From contig JBGVKZ010000009.1 in the NCBI GenBank assembly GCA_045124055.1, positions 5,049-69,048 of the forward strand: 64,000 nucleotides of DNA. The letters run 5' to 3'. This DNA comes from Lachnospiraceae bacterium (GTDB lineage: Bacteria > Bacillota > Clostridia > Lachnospirales > Lachnospiraceae). The position numbers and the translations under genes were made by a program. Positions 36,996-46,292 of this stretch are shown here, piece after piece (position 1 is the stretch's first letter; every line of letters begins with the position of its first letter). The notes under the pieces are model-generated. The model was not told the DNA's origin, ran no database searches, and worked only from the letters and a program-made list of their open reading frames with translations.

Positions 36996-37769
36996 TTATC
37001 CTAAAAAAGTATCCATCAAAACCATCACTAAAAAGCCAATTAAGAGAGCATAAGTTGCCACTCTTTCATTTCCATGACTGTGGGTTTCCGGTATCATCTC
37101 ATCGCTGATGACATAAAGCATTGTACCTCCTGCAAAAGCAAGACAGAAAGGCAATACTGCTGCCGAAACCCCTGCTGCAAAATATCCAAGAAATGTTCCT
37201 ACCACCTCTACTAAACCTGTCATAAGAGCAATGACGAAAGTTCTTCCCTTCGATACGCCGCTTAAAATCATTGGAGAAATGATAATCATACCTTCCGGAA
37301 TATTTTGAAGGGCAATACCTAAAGCAATCGTCAAGGCATTTCCCACATCGCCTGCTCCTACGCCAACACCTGCTGCCAGACCTTCCGGCAGATTATGTAT
37401 GGCGATTGCAAGCACAAATAACATCACTTTATTTAAGTGTGCATTATTTTTATGTTCTTCTTCTTTTACACCGGTTAAATGGTGCAAATGGGGTGTTAAT
37501 TTATCTGCAAAATTAAGAAATAAAGCTCCACAAATCACCCCTAACACAGTCATATAAATTCCACTTTTTCCAGCCTGTTCCATAGACGGTAAAATAAGTC
37601 CTAAAATAGCGGCCGCAAGCATAACTCCAGCTGCAAAGCCTAAAATACCATCGTTCCATTTTTCATCAATTTTTTTAAAACAAAAACCGATTAGAGCACC
37701 GACAACGGTTGCACCTCCTATGCCAAGGGCGGTTATTGCTACTAATCCCATCGTATTTTCCTCCATCAA
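36996..37769 (-). CDS. ZIP-family metal (Zn/Fe) transporter
   Basis: LAIAIHNLPEGLA and ALQNIPEGM motifs; 8 TM helices. Confidence 0.88.
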   Translation of the reverse strand: MMEENTMGLVAITALGIGGATVVGALIGFCFKKIDEKWNDGILGFAAGVMLAAAILGLILPSMEQAGKSGIYMTVLGVICGALFLNFADKLTPHLHHLTGVKEEEHKNNAHLNKVMLFVLAIAIHNLPEGLAAGVGVGAGDVGNALTIALGIALQNIPEGMIIISPMILSGVSKGRTFVIALMTGLVEVVGTFLGYFAAGVSAAVLPFCLAFAGGTMLYVISDEMIPETHSHGNERVATYALLIGFLVMVLMDTFLG

Positions 37770-38524
37770 AAGTTTCTTCTATATACGTATGCATTTTTTT
37801 CTTTTCCGACCTGAACTATAACACCCAAATACGCTAAAACATTTACCGCTGCTCCAGCCTTCTGTGGAGAAAGTTTAGTTACCTTTTGAAACATTTTGGT
37901 CGTAAACGTTTCTCCTAAATCGTTTGGTACTAATTCTTTGAAATCCACTTTAGAATTTAAAAACTTATCTTCCACCAGTTCCACCGGAACTCTATCAAAG
38001 CGGGTCGAACCTTTTTTACGGTCTTTACTATACCCATTTAGCAACCTGTATTCCTCCACATCTACTAAAATCAGTCTAAAATGAAGGTTTGGGTGATTTA
38101 AAAACATCTTAATTTTATAGAGTTCAAAAAATGCGTCATAGTAAGAGCCTACCTTTGTAGAACGCCTCTTTTTTGTAAACTCCCCAGTCTGTTCATCTAT
38201 CCAGATGAGCCATTTGATATGGGGAATCGGATAAACCACGGTAACTTCTTTCTCTTTTAAAAATTCTTCCAGCTTTCCTCTTAATCGATTGAAACCAGCT
38301 GTCTGAATTTCCATAATCTCGCCTTCCACTAAAATATCCGCTACATATCTGCCACATTTGATTTCGTGGCAAGTTTCATCCGGCACCAGATATTTTTTTA
38401 GTACTGCGTGCATAGTTTTTTCACTTAATGTTCCTATTCCAAGCCGTTCTCGTTCTTTTCCTACAATTTCCTGACAAGCTCTCTGAAATACTTCCTTATC
38501 TTCTCTAGTCAGTTTCAGATTCAT
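37766..38524 (-). CDS. conserved hypothetical protein, possible restriction-endonuclease-like (PD-(D/E)XK / CoiA-like) fold
   Basis: 252-aa ORF overlapping both neighbours (20 nt and 4 nt). GRYVADILVEGEIMEIQTAGF resembles a D...E-x-Q nuclease core. This is a weak, motif-level call only. Confidence 0.55.
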   Translation of the reverse strand: MNLKLTREDKEVFQRACQEIVGKERERLGIGTLSEKTMHAVLKKYLVPDETCHEIKCGRYVADILVEGEIMEIQTAGFNRLRGKLEEFLKEKEVTVVYPIPHIKWLIWIDEQTGEFTKKRRSTKVGSYYDAFFELYKIKMFLNHPNLHFRLILVDVEEYRLLNGYSKDRKKGSTRFDRVPVELVEDKFLNSKVDFKELVPNDLGETFTTKMFQKVTKLSPQKAGAAVNVLAYLGVIVQVGKEKNAYVYRRNF

Positions 38525-39659
38525 TTTCTACCATCTCACTTGCCAAAACTACTTTCTTCTTGGCTTTTTCTTTATTATTCGCCATATCCTTTAAAATCGT
38601 ATAAATGACGGCTGTCATTGGAATACTGAAAACCATTCCTATAATTCCCAATAATTCTCCGCCTAAAATTGCTGCAAGCAAAGTGAAAATTGGCGGTAAC
38701 CCTACGGAATTACCTACTACTCTTGGATAAATAAACTGGCCTTCAATAAACTGCGTCACAACAAAGACAATAATTTCAACTAATGCCATAATTGGATTCG
38801 TCAACACAATCATTAAAGCACCAAATCCACAGGCAATAAAAGAACCAATATATGGAATAAAGGAAAGTACGGCTGCCAAAACAGCAATCAAGGCTGCATA
38901 TGGCACTCTGAAAATGCTTAAGGTAATCACCATAAGCACTCCTAAAATCACTGCTTCCAAACATTGTCCTGTTAAAAATGCCGAATAAGTATTGCTAACC
39001 GTTCTACCAAGTTCTACTACTTTGTTTTTTATTTCTTCTTTAAAAATAAGCCCTAATAATTTTCCAACTCGTCTTGCCAAAGCACGTTTATCCAATAAAA
39101 TATAAATGCAAATGACAATTCCAAGTCCGGCAGAACCAACTCCTGAAATCGTTGTAGTTGCCCCTGACATCACTTTTCCCAGAACATTTCCTGCACTATT
39201 TCCAACAAGTCCTAACCACTCCTGCCAGGTTTTTCCTTCTAAAACAGTCGCTACCCACTCAGCATCAATACCCCAGGTTTCGAGGTTTTTGATAATAGTT
39301 GGCATTTGTTCCTGAATGGTTGCATACATCTGTTTAACACTGGAAATGATATTTGGCACAACAATTACAATAACCAGTGCAATGACTAACAATGCACTCA
39401 AAATCGTTAAAACAAGGCTCAATGCCACCACAAGAGAATCCTTCATCTTGTTTTTCTTATCTATTTTTTTGAAGATTTTTTCATAACCACGCATTGGCAC
39501 ATTTAACATAAAAGCTAAAACTGCACCAATCAAAAGTGGAAAGGTAATATCAATAAAATAAGAAAAAAAGTGTGGTAGCTTATCTAAATGAAAAGCCACA
39601 CCTAAAAAGGCTGCAAAAATCAGCATATAAGTAATAGGTTTTTTCGGTTTATTCTCCAT
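38505..39659 (-). CDS. AI-2E family (PerM/YhhT-like) transporter
   Basis: 384 aa, 8 TM helices. FIPYIGSFIA and the QFIEGQFIYPRVVG motif. Confidence 0.88.
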   Translation of the reverse strand: MENKPKKPITYMLIFAAFLGVAFHLDKLPHFFSYFIDITFPLLIGAVLAFMLNVPMRGYEKIFKKIDKKNKMKDSLVVALSLVLTILSALLVIALVIVIVVPNIISSVKQMYATIQEQMPTIIKNLETWGIDAEWVATVLEGKTWQEWLGLVGNSAGNVLGKVMSGATTTISGVGSAGLGIVICIYILLDKRALARRVGKLLGLIFKEEIKNKVVELGRTVSNTYSAFLTGQCLEAVILGVLMVITLSIFRVPYAALIAVLAAVLSFIPYIGSFIACGFGALMIVLTNPIMALVEIIVFVVTQFIEGQFIYPRVVGNSVGLPPIFTLLAAILGGELLGIIGMVFSIPMTAVIYTILKDMANNKEKAKKKVVLASEMVENESETD

Positions 39660-39694
39660 ATTTTTTCTCTCTTTCCTTTCAAATAATCATCCAT

Positions 39695-41065
39695 TTATAA
39701 ATGCAGACTTCTAAGTCCCTTGGGGTAATGATTTTTTAGCATTCCGCCAGATACTTTTCCAAATCCAAGGCCATATCCATCCACACAAACTAGCGTCCAG
39801 CCTTTTTCACTAGCAACCTGTAAAGTTTGTCCGTTTAAATACTGCCTTATTTCCAAACTATCTTGCCTAAAAGAAACTGCATATTTTATTTCCGTCTCCT
39901 TTAGGATATGGGAAAGTGCATGTGCTGGTTCAATTCTTCCTTTTTTGATGGTTGCCACATGTAGTCCCGGACGTAACACTTTCAATTTATCTAAATTTGG
40001 TACATTTTTCGGTAACAGATACAACTGTTCTCCAAATGCAATGTAGGTACCTTGCTTAAAATCTATTTTCTCATTTTCCAATAAATCATTTTCCTTACAG
40101 AATTCCGCGAATTCTTTATAGGCATTTATTGATTCTCCCTTTTGAATTTTATAACAAATACCCGAGGTTCCCAGCTCTAGTTCACCCTCTTTTTCCAAAA
40201 CAGACAGAAAGTGTCCTTCTCCCCTTACTTTGTGAGGCCACAAGCGAACACCATATTGATTTTGCTCCATTCCCCCTATAATTTCTACATTTTTAACTGC
40301 AAAATCCCTATGTCTTTCTAAAAATCTCTGCACACTTCCCTCATTTTCCTCTTTGGAGAAAGTACAGGTAGAAAACACGATTCTTCCGCCAGGTTTTAGC
40401 ATTGCTGCTGCACAGTCTAGAATCATATCTTGTCGATTAGCACAGATTTCTACGTTCTGAGGACTCCATTCCTCTCTGGCATCTTCACTTTTCCGAAACA
40501 TTCCCTCCCCGGAACAAGGGGCGTCCACTAAAATTTTGTCAAAAAATTCTGGAAATCTTTGAGCCAATCTTTCTGGTGTTTCATTTAGGACAATGGCATT
40601 AAAAATGCCCATTCGCTCTATATTTTCCGATAAAATCCTAGCTCTCTGCGGGTGAATTTCGTTAGAAAAAAGTATGCCTTTTCCTTCCATTTTGCCACCA
40701 ATCTGTGTACTCTTTCCGCCTGGAGCTGCACACAAATCCAAAATGGTTTCATAAGGCTTAGGCTCTAAAAAATGCACCGGAGCCATAGCACTTGGCTCTT
40801 GTATGTAATAGACACCCGCTTCGTGATAAGGGTGTTTTCCCGGTTTCTCATCTTCGTCATAATAATATCCGTTTTCTTCCCACAAAACAGGTGCTAAAGA
40901 AAAGGGTTGCCTTTCTAGAAATTCTTCCTTATTTTCTTTTAAAGGATTCCATCTGAGTGCCTGATATTTATTGTTTTCGTAACTCTCTAAAAATGCTCGG
41001 TATTCACTACCAAGCATTTTTTCCATTCGCTCTAAAAATTCTTTTGGAAGCATTTTTCTCTCCAT
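39695..41065 (-). CDS. RsmB/RsmF-family (NOL1/NOP2/Sun) RNA m5C methyltransferase
   Basis: LDLCAAPGGKS, VDAPCSGEGMFRK and FSTCTF catalytic Cys motifs. C-terminal PUA-like extension. Confidence 0.87.
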   Translation of the reverse strand: MERKMLPKEFLERMEKMLGSEYRAFLESYENNKYQALRWNPLKENKEEFLERQPFSLAPVLWEENGYYYDEDEKPGKHPYHEAGVYYIQEPSAMAPVHFLEPKPYETILDLCAAPGGKSTQIGGKMEGKGILFSNEIHPQRARILSENIERMGIFNAIVLNETPERLAQRFPEFFDKILVDAPCSGEGMFRKSEDAREEWSPQNVEICANRQDMILDCAAAMLKPGGRIVFSTCTFSKEENEGSVQRFLERHRDFAVKNVEIIGGMEQNQYGVRLWPHKVRGEGHFLSVLEKEGELELGTSGICYKIQKGESINAYKEFAEFCKENDLLENEKIDFKQGTYIAFGEQLYLLPKNVPNLDKLKVLRPGLHVATIKKGRIEPAHALSHILKETEIKYAVSFRQDSLEIRQYLNGQTLQVASEKGWTLVCVDGYGLGFGKVSGGMLKNHYPKGLRSLHL

Positions 41066-41077
41066 CTTACCTTTCGA

Positions 41078-41389
41078 TTATGCATGAAACATATTCAAAA
41101 TCATTTCTTTTGATTGCACGCCAATCAATTTCCCCAAAACCTCACCATCTCTGAAAGCAAGCAACGTTGGAATAGTCATCACTTTATATTCCATAGCAAG
41201 TTCCGGTTGCTCGTCCACATTAATTTTGCATACTTTGATATGATCCTGAGATTTGGCAATTTCTTCAATGGTTGGCATCAACATTTGACAAGGTCCACAC
41301 CAAGCTGCCCAGAAATCTACCAAAACAGGTTTTTCCGAATGTAATACCTCTTTTTCAAAATTATCTCGCGTAATTGTAATCTCTTGCAT
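41078..41389 (-). CDS. trxA: thioredoxin
   Basis: WAAWCGPCQ active site; 103 aa. Confidence 0.93.
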   Translation of the reverse strand: MQEITITRDNFEKEVLHSEKPVLVDFWAAWCGPCQMLMPTIEEIAKSQDHIKVCKINVDEQPELAMEYKVMTIPTLLAFRDGEVLGKLIGVQSKEMILNMFHA

Positions 41390-41390
41390 A

Positions 41391-42116
41391 TTAATCTCCT
41401 TTGATATCTTGAATCACACAACCTGCGATTATGAGTCCTGCCACCGATGGCACAAATGCCACACTTCCTGGTACATCTTTTATTCTTCCCGAATTTACAG
41501 AAGTTATTTGATGAAAATTATCTTTTTGCACTTTAATAGGTGGCTCTTTGGAGTACACCACTTTTAATTTTTGAATGCCTCTTTTTTTGAGTTCTGTACG
41601 CATCACTCTGGCCAGAGGACACATTTCTGTCTTATAAATATCGGTTACTTCAAGCCTTGTTGGGTCAAGCTTGTTGCCGGTTCCCATACTACTAATGATT
41701 GGAACGCCTGCCTTTTTTGCCCTTACAATCAGCTCCAGCTTGGCAGTTACCGTATCAATAGCATCGACAATATAGGTGTAGTTTGAAAAATCGAATTTAT
41801 CCGCATTTTCCGGCAAATAAAAGCATTTGTGTACCTTTACATTTGCCTCTGGATTGATATCCAAAATTCGCTCTTTCATCACATCAACCTTATATTTTCC
41901 TAGAGTACTGTGGGTAGCAATAATCTGCCGGTTTAAATTGGATAATGCCACAGTGTCGTTGTCGATTAAATCAAAGTTTCCTACTCCGCTTCTTGCCAGA
42001 GCTTCTACCACATACCCACCGACACCACCAATACCAAATACCGCTACATGTGCCTTTTGCAATTTTTTCATCGTCTCTACACCCAGTAGCATTTCGGTAC
42101 GAACAAATTGTTCCAT
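41391..42116 (-). CDS. tcdA: tRNA threonylcarbamoyladenosine dehydratase (ThiF/MoeB-family)
   Basis: VAVFGIGGVGGY nucleotide loop and DNDTVALSNLNRQ. The start is set at the ATG at 42116 (MEQF), with GAGGAAAG upstream. The track start at 42137 is a GTG. Confidence 0.82.
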   Translation of the reverse strand: MEQFVRTEMLLGVETMKKLQKAHVAVFGIGGVGGYVVEALARSGVGNFDLIDNDTVALSNLNRQIIATHSTLGKYKVDVMKERILDINPEANVKVHKCFYLPENADKFDFSNYTYIVDAIDTVTAKLELIVRAKKAGVPIISSMGTGNKLDPTRLEVTDIYKTEMCPLARVMRTELKKRGIQKLKVVYSKEPPIKVQKDNFHQITSVNSGRIKDVPGSVAFVPSVAGLIIAGCVIQDIKGD

Positions 42117-42137
42117 AATCTTTCCTCGTTTTACCAC

Positions 42138-43181
42138 TTATAATATTTCTTCAATGAAAATCGTACGTTCTTTTCCCAAATCCACGATTTTATCTTCCGT
42201 AATTGGTCTGTTTACACGGTTATAATAAATTTTTACAACCGGCCTTGGACCTTTATTTTTACGAATATTCGATACAATTCCAACCTCTTTTGTAGAAAGT
42301 CTTACCATAACACCCAGTGGATAAATTGCAATATTATTGACAAAGGCTTCTACAACCTTTGGGTCAAAATAAATGCCGCTTGCACCATACAATTCTTCAA
42401 TCGCCATATAAGGCAAAATGCCCTTATGAACTACCGAAGACGAATAGTGGGAACATACACGTACAATTCTGGAGGAAATTGGAATTTCCTCGCCTTGTAT
42501 ATTTTTCGGGAAACCTGAGCCATCCCAATTTTCGTGATGATGTTGAATACAGTTGGCAATGGCCCTTGGGATGTTTTTCTGTAAGGCAAAATAGTACCCA
42601 TAGGTTGGATGTTCTTTCCACAGACTTTCTTCCTGCGGTGGCAATTCTTTCATTGTCAAAAGACTTGGCATTTCCGCCATTCCGATGTCGTGTAATAATC
42701 CACCTACAATAGCACATACAATTTCGTCTGTGGGTAATCCCATACAGCCTGCCACAAGTCCACTGAGGACAGCCGCATATATACTATTCTCATATAATCT
42801 CAACTTATCAATCACTCGAAGTTCTACTAAAAAACCAACGATATCTTCGTTTTTTGCCAGCTTTTTAATCAAAGTTTCTAATTGTCTGGCAACAACCACC
42901 ACATTATCATTTTTATTAGCTTCCGGTCTATTTGGCGAAATTTCCCTCAAAACTCTTGTAAAGTCTTCTACCAATAATTCTTCCATTTTATCTGCTGGCG
43001 AAATAAATAACGTGTATATATCTGCTACATCAACTTCCAAAATACCGAACTCTCTGAACTTTTCAATATTTCTGTTTGTAATTACTGAACCTGCTGTCAA
43101 AAGACATTTTCCATCAGGTAAGTAAACTGTCTGTTCCAATTTCATTCCCGGTTTTATCCGAGATATACTTAAAATACTCAT
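42138..43181 (-). CDS. HD-GYP domain protein (putative c-di-GMP phosphodiesterase)
   Basis: LLHDIGM and HHHENWDGSGFP motifs. The N-terminal domain is uncharacterised. The first ATG is at 43181; the track start at 43196 is a GTG. Confidence 0.85.
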   Translation of the reverse strand: MSILSISRIKPGMKLEQTVYLPDGKCLLTAGSVITNRNIEKFREFGILEVDVADIYTLFISPADKMEELLVEDFTRVLREISPNRPEANKNDNVVVVARQLETLIKKLAKNEDIVGFLVELRVIDKLRLYENSIYAAVLSGLVAGCMGLPTDEIVCAIVGGLLHDIGMAEMPSLLTMKELPPQEESLWKEHPTYGYYFALQKNIPRAIANCIQHHHENWDGSGFPKNIQGEEIPISSRIVRVCSHYSSSVVHKGILPYMAIEELYGASGIYFDPKVVEAFVNNIAIYPLGVMVRLSTKEVGIVSNIRKNKGPRPVVKIYYNRVNRPITEDKIVDLGKERTIFIEEIL

Positions 43182-43378
43182 AAATTCTGTCCCCACATAT
43201 CCCCAGATTATTTTCAGTATACTACATTTTACACAAATTCAAAAGAAATACGCTCTTTTTTCTTTCATATCATCGCTGTTATTAAGTATGCACTAATACT
43301 TAATATTCTTCACACTAAAATAATTATATTGCAGACGAAAAGAGAAAACAATATGATTAAAAACTAATATAAAAAAAA

Positions 43379-45157
43379 TTATTCTCTCTTTGGCAAACTG
43401 TTTTCTACACACAATGCTCCCCAACCAACCTGAGAATTAGGATAGTTTGGAATTCCGCTTATTTTTCTTGCTCCATTAATCAGATAGGCCTTTACCTTTT
43501 CTCCATATAAGTAAGGGTCATTTCCTTTGACAATTCCCCATTCCATCATTAAGGCTGCACTTCCAGTTACAAGTGGCGTGGCAAAGCTCGTGCCTGACAC
43601 CGTTTCGATAGTGTATTCCTCGGTTGCTCTATTCAGTGGATAGGGAAGATAAGTTGCAATTTTCTTGCTGATGATAAGATTTTCCCCGGGAGCCGCAATA
43701 TCCGGTTTTACATTTTGAATCACCAAACGATTCTTTTCTCCCTCATTTAAGAGAAATCCTCTGCCGGAAAAAGAGGCATAGGTATCACCCTTAGCATTAT
43801 AGGCTCCAACAGTAACAACTTTTAAAGCCGTAGAAGGAATGGTAAAAGTTGCCTCCGGCGTTGGTGTAAAAAATCTTGTGTCCGCGCTTCGACTAACCCC
43901 ACTTGGCATATATAAATCATATCTGCCGTAGACAATTTTTTCTCCCTCGATTCTAACTGCCCATAGGCCTGAATCTAAATAACCATTGTTATTTAGTGGA
44001 CGAAATTCAAAATAAATTTCCTGGTTCACAGAATATGGAAAGGGCTCCCCTACATAAGTCAAAATTTCTGTTTGACCAAGCACATTGACTCGTTTTCCTA
44101 ACCCCACTGTATCAATTTCCACCGATTGACCACCTGGGGCAACAAGAGATACTTGAAAGGTATCCACATAATTTTTCCATAATTGAATAGATAATCCCTT
44201 CTCATATTCTCCCACTGAAAATTCTTGTTTAGTGGTTTCCCTTGCCCCTAAAAATCCGCCTGAATGCCCTGCGGTAGTGCCCTCGTTACCACTTCCTACA
44301 CAGATAACACACCTACCAATCTCCGATACATTATCCATAAATCGCTCTAAAATGGACGTTCCATCATGAGAGCCGTAAGTATTTCCAAAACTTAGGTTAA
44401 TGGCTATTGGCAAATTCATTTCTACTGCCTTTTTGACCACATAAGTCAGCCCACTCATTAGCTGTGTGGTTCTCGGAAAGGAGTCATTGACAGAAGTTCC
44501 CAGCTTCACAATGATGAAATCACTTTCATAGGCAACGCCTCGAAAACGTTCTCCCGAACCATTTCCGTTGCCTGCAGCAATTTTTGTAACCGCCGTTCCA
44601 TGTCCGGAAACATCTATGGGTAATGTCTCACTCTCCATTCCATTTCGCTGCCTGACCAAAGCTTCATTGATTTCCTGCTCACTCCACTCTCTATGAGTGG
44701 TCTGATCATAAAAATATTTCACTCTGGTAGTCCCATCTTCTTTTTGAAAATCTTTATCCGTCATATCTAGTCCAGAATCGATAACACCCACTAATACATT
44801 TTTACCCGATAATTCATACGGAATAGTAGTTAGCTGAAAAACGCAGGAAACTCGTTTGCTTTCCAGTAAAGAATAGTAAAGTCTTTTCGGCATTTCTACA
44901 AATTCAATCTCTGGTCTTTGTACCAATTCACTGATTTTTTCTTCGGGAATGACAAGAATGGCATAACCCAATATCAATTCTTCGTAAGTCCCTCCTAAAG
45001 ACTCTACAAAAGTTAAATCACCATTATATTTTACTATTAATTCCCATGAATTTGTTATTTGATTATATCCGACATTTGTGTCAGATTCAAAATTTCTGTC
45101 ATTTTTTTCTGTTTGTAGGGTTAAATTTAAGACATTTTCTAATTTTTGAGAATCCAT
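43379..45157 (-). CDS. Csp-family subtilisin-like germination protease (CspA/B/C type), catalytic triad intact
   Basis: No signal peptide. N-terminal prodomain (LIVKYNGDL...PEIEFVEMPKRLYY). Asp in VGVIDSGLD, His in SGHGTAV and Ser in SGTSFATPLVTGSAALMMEWGIV. The overall layout parallels C. perfringens CspB as I recall it. The first in-frame ATG is at 45157. Confidence 0.8.
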   Translation of the reverse strand: MDSQKLENVLNLTLQTEKNDRNFESDTNVGYNQITNSWELIVKYNGDLTFVESLGGTYEELILGYAILVIPEEKISELVQRPEIEFVEMPKRLYYSLLESKRVSCVFQLTTIPYELSGKNVLVGVIDSGLDMTDKDFQKEDGTTRVKYFYDQTTHREWSEQEINEALVRQRNGMESETLPIDVSGHGTAVTKIAAGNGNGSGERFRGVAYESDFIIVKLGTSVNDSFPRTTQLMSGLTYVVKKAVEMNLPIAINLSFGNTYGSHDGTSILERFMDNVSEIGRCVICVGSGNEGTTAGHSGGFLGARETTKQEFSVGEYEKGLSIQLWKNYVDTFQVSLVAPGGQSVEIDTVGLGKRVNVLGQTEILTYVGEPFPYSVNQEIYFEFRPLNNNGYLDSGLWAVRIEGEKIVYGRYDLYMPSGVSRSADTRFFTPTPEATFTIPSTALKVVTVGAYNAKGDTYASFSGRGFLLNEGEKNRLVIQNVKPDIAAPGENLIISKKIATYLPYPLNRATEEYTIETVSGTSFATPLVTGSAALMMEWGIVKGNDPYLYGEKVKAYLINGARKISGIPNYPNSQVGWGALCVENSLPKRE

Positions 45158-45195
45158 ATTATATGTATATGTACTAATAGATAAATATTTAGACA

Positions 45196-45228
45196 AAAAA
45201 ATAATCGGCAAAAAGCCGATTATTTTTT
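45196..45228. terminator. terminator-like hairpin in the csp / lysR divergent intergenic region
   Basis: aaaaaataatcggc (45196-45209), loop aaaaa, gccgattatttttt (45215-45228). The A-run and T-run flanks allow termination in either direction. Confidence 0.5.
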
Positions 45229-45410
45229 GAGGGGTTCGACGATTATTTATCGTAAGGAAGGGTATTTTTCAATACCTCCAAACGTTTGCTTATGCAAACT
45301 GTTTGACTTTACTCTCATATTGTATTACATTTTAATAAATAAGTAAAATTCATTTTTTTCATTAAATAAGTGAATTTTATTCAACTTTATCTGGAAAGGG
45401 ATAAAATGCT

Positions 45411-46292
45411 ATGAATTTATTAACTTATGAAATTTTTAATGCGATTGTTCAGGAGAAAAGTTTTCAAAAGGCTGCTAAGATGCTAAATATGACACCTTCC
45501 GCCGTAAGCCACGCCGTTTCCACTATGGAAAAAGAGTTAGGTTTTTCTCTTTTTATTAGAAATAAGAATGGAACTGCATTAACCAGCAATGGCGAAGCAA
45601 TTTATCCCCACATTCGAGAAATTTTAAATAGTAACGAATATCTCCTGCAATCTGTGGCACAACTAAAGGGTTTAAAGGCCGGTACCATTAAAGTCGGTTG
45701 CTTTAACAGCGTTTGTACTGCCTGGCTACCTACTATTATGTCTGAATTCCGAAAAGTTTATCCGGAAATCACTGTATCCGTTTTTCAAGGAACTTATGAT
45801 GATGTGATTAATTGGCTAAAAACTGGTACGATTGATGTAGGCTTCTTATCAGAATCCTGTGCCAAAGATTTTTATTATACAACCATTTATGAAGACCAGC
45901 TTTTATGCATTACCCCAAAGGATTTTTTGACAAAGCACCCGGATTATATCACCCTTAGTGAACTGGAAAATCAGGACTTTGTTATCCAACGTGAATCCTG
46001 TGATACGGATATTCAGGCATTTCTCGACAAATATAACCTGACTGTGCACACAAATCACCACGTTATTGATGACCAATCTACCTTTGCACTAATTGAGGCA
46101 GGAATGGGCATTGGTATTATGCCTGAAATTTTGGTTAAAAAAATGAGTAGTAACATCAACTTTTATAGACTGAATCCGGCAGAATACCGTACCATCTGTT
46201 TAGCTACTACTCACCCACATAAGTTTTCACCTGCTGTGAATCAATTTATTCAATTTGTTCATCAGATGGACTTAGAAAGTTTAAACCACTAA
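45411..46292 (+). CDS. LysR-family transcriptional regulator
   Basis: N-terminal HTH (FQKAAKMLNMTPSAVSHAVSTMEKELG) and a LysR substrate-binding domain. 293 aa. Confidence 0.9.
   Translation: MNLLTYEIFNAIVQEKSFQKAAKMLNMTPSAVSHAVSTMEKELGFSLFIRNKNGTALTSNGEAIYPHIREILNSNEYLLQSVAQLKGLKAGTIKVGCFNSVCTAWLPTIMSEFRKVYPEITVSVFQGTYDDVINWLKTGTIDVGFLSESCAKDFYYTTIYEDQLLCITPKDFLTKHPDYITLSELENQDFVIQRESCDTDIQAFLDKYNLTVHTNHHVIDDQSTFALIEAGMGIGIMPEILVKKMSSNINFYRLNPAEYRTICLATTHPHKFSPAVNQFIQFVHQMDLESLNH

Noticed and set aside
45158-45211. N-terminal extension of the csp ORF to 45211
   Set aside because: The extension starts at a TTG located in the loop of the 45196-45228 hairpin and encodes MPIIFLSKYLSISTYTYN from AT-rich leader sequence. 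The first ATG at 45157 is preferred, although it lacks an SD.
45200-45247. Antiterminator model for the csp leader, based on the duplicated cgattatt (45217-45224 and 45240-45247)
   Set aside because: On the minus-strand RNA, the upstream copy would pair with the same 3' arm that precedes the U-run. The alternative structure would still be a terminator. I found no sequence able to sequester the 5' arm.
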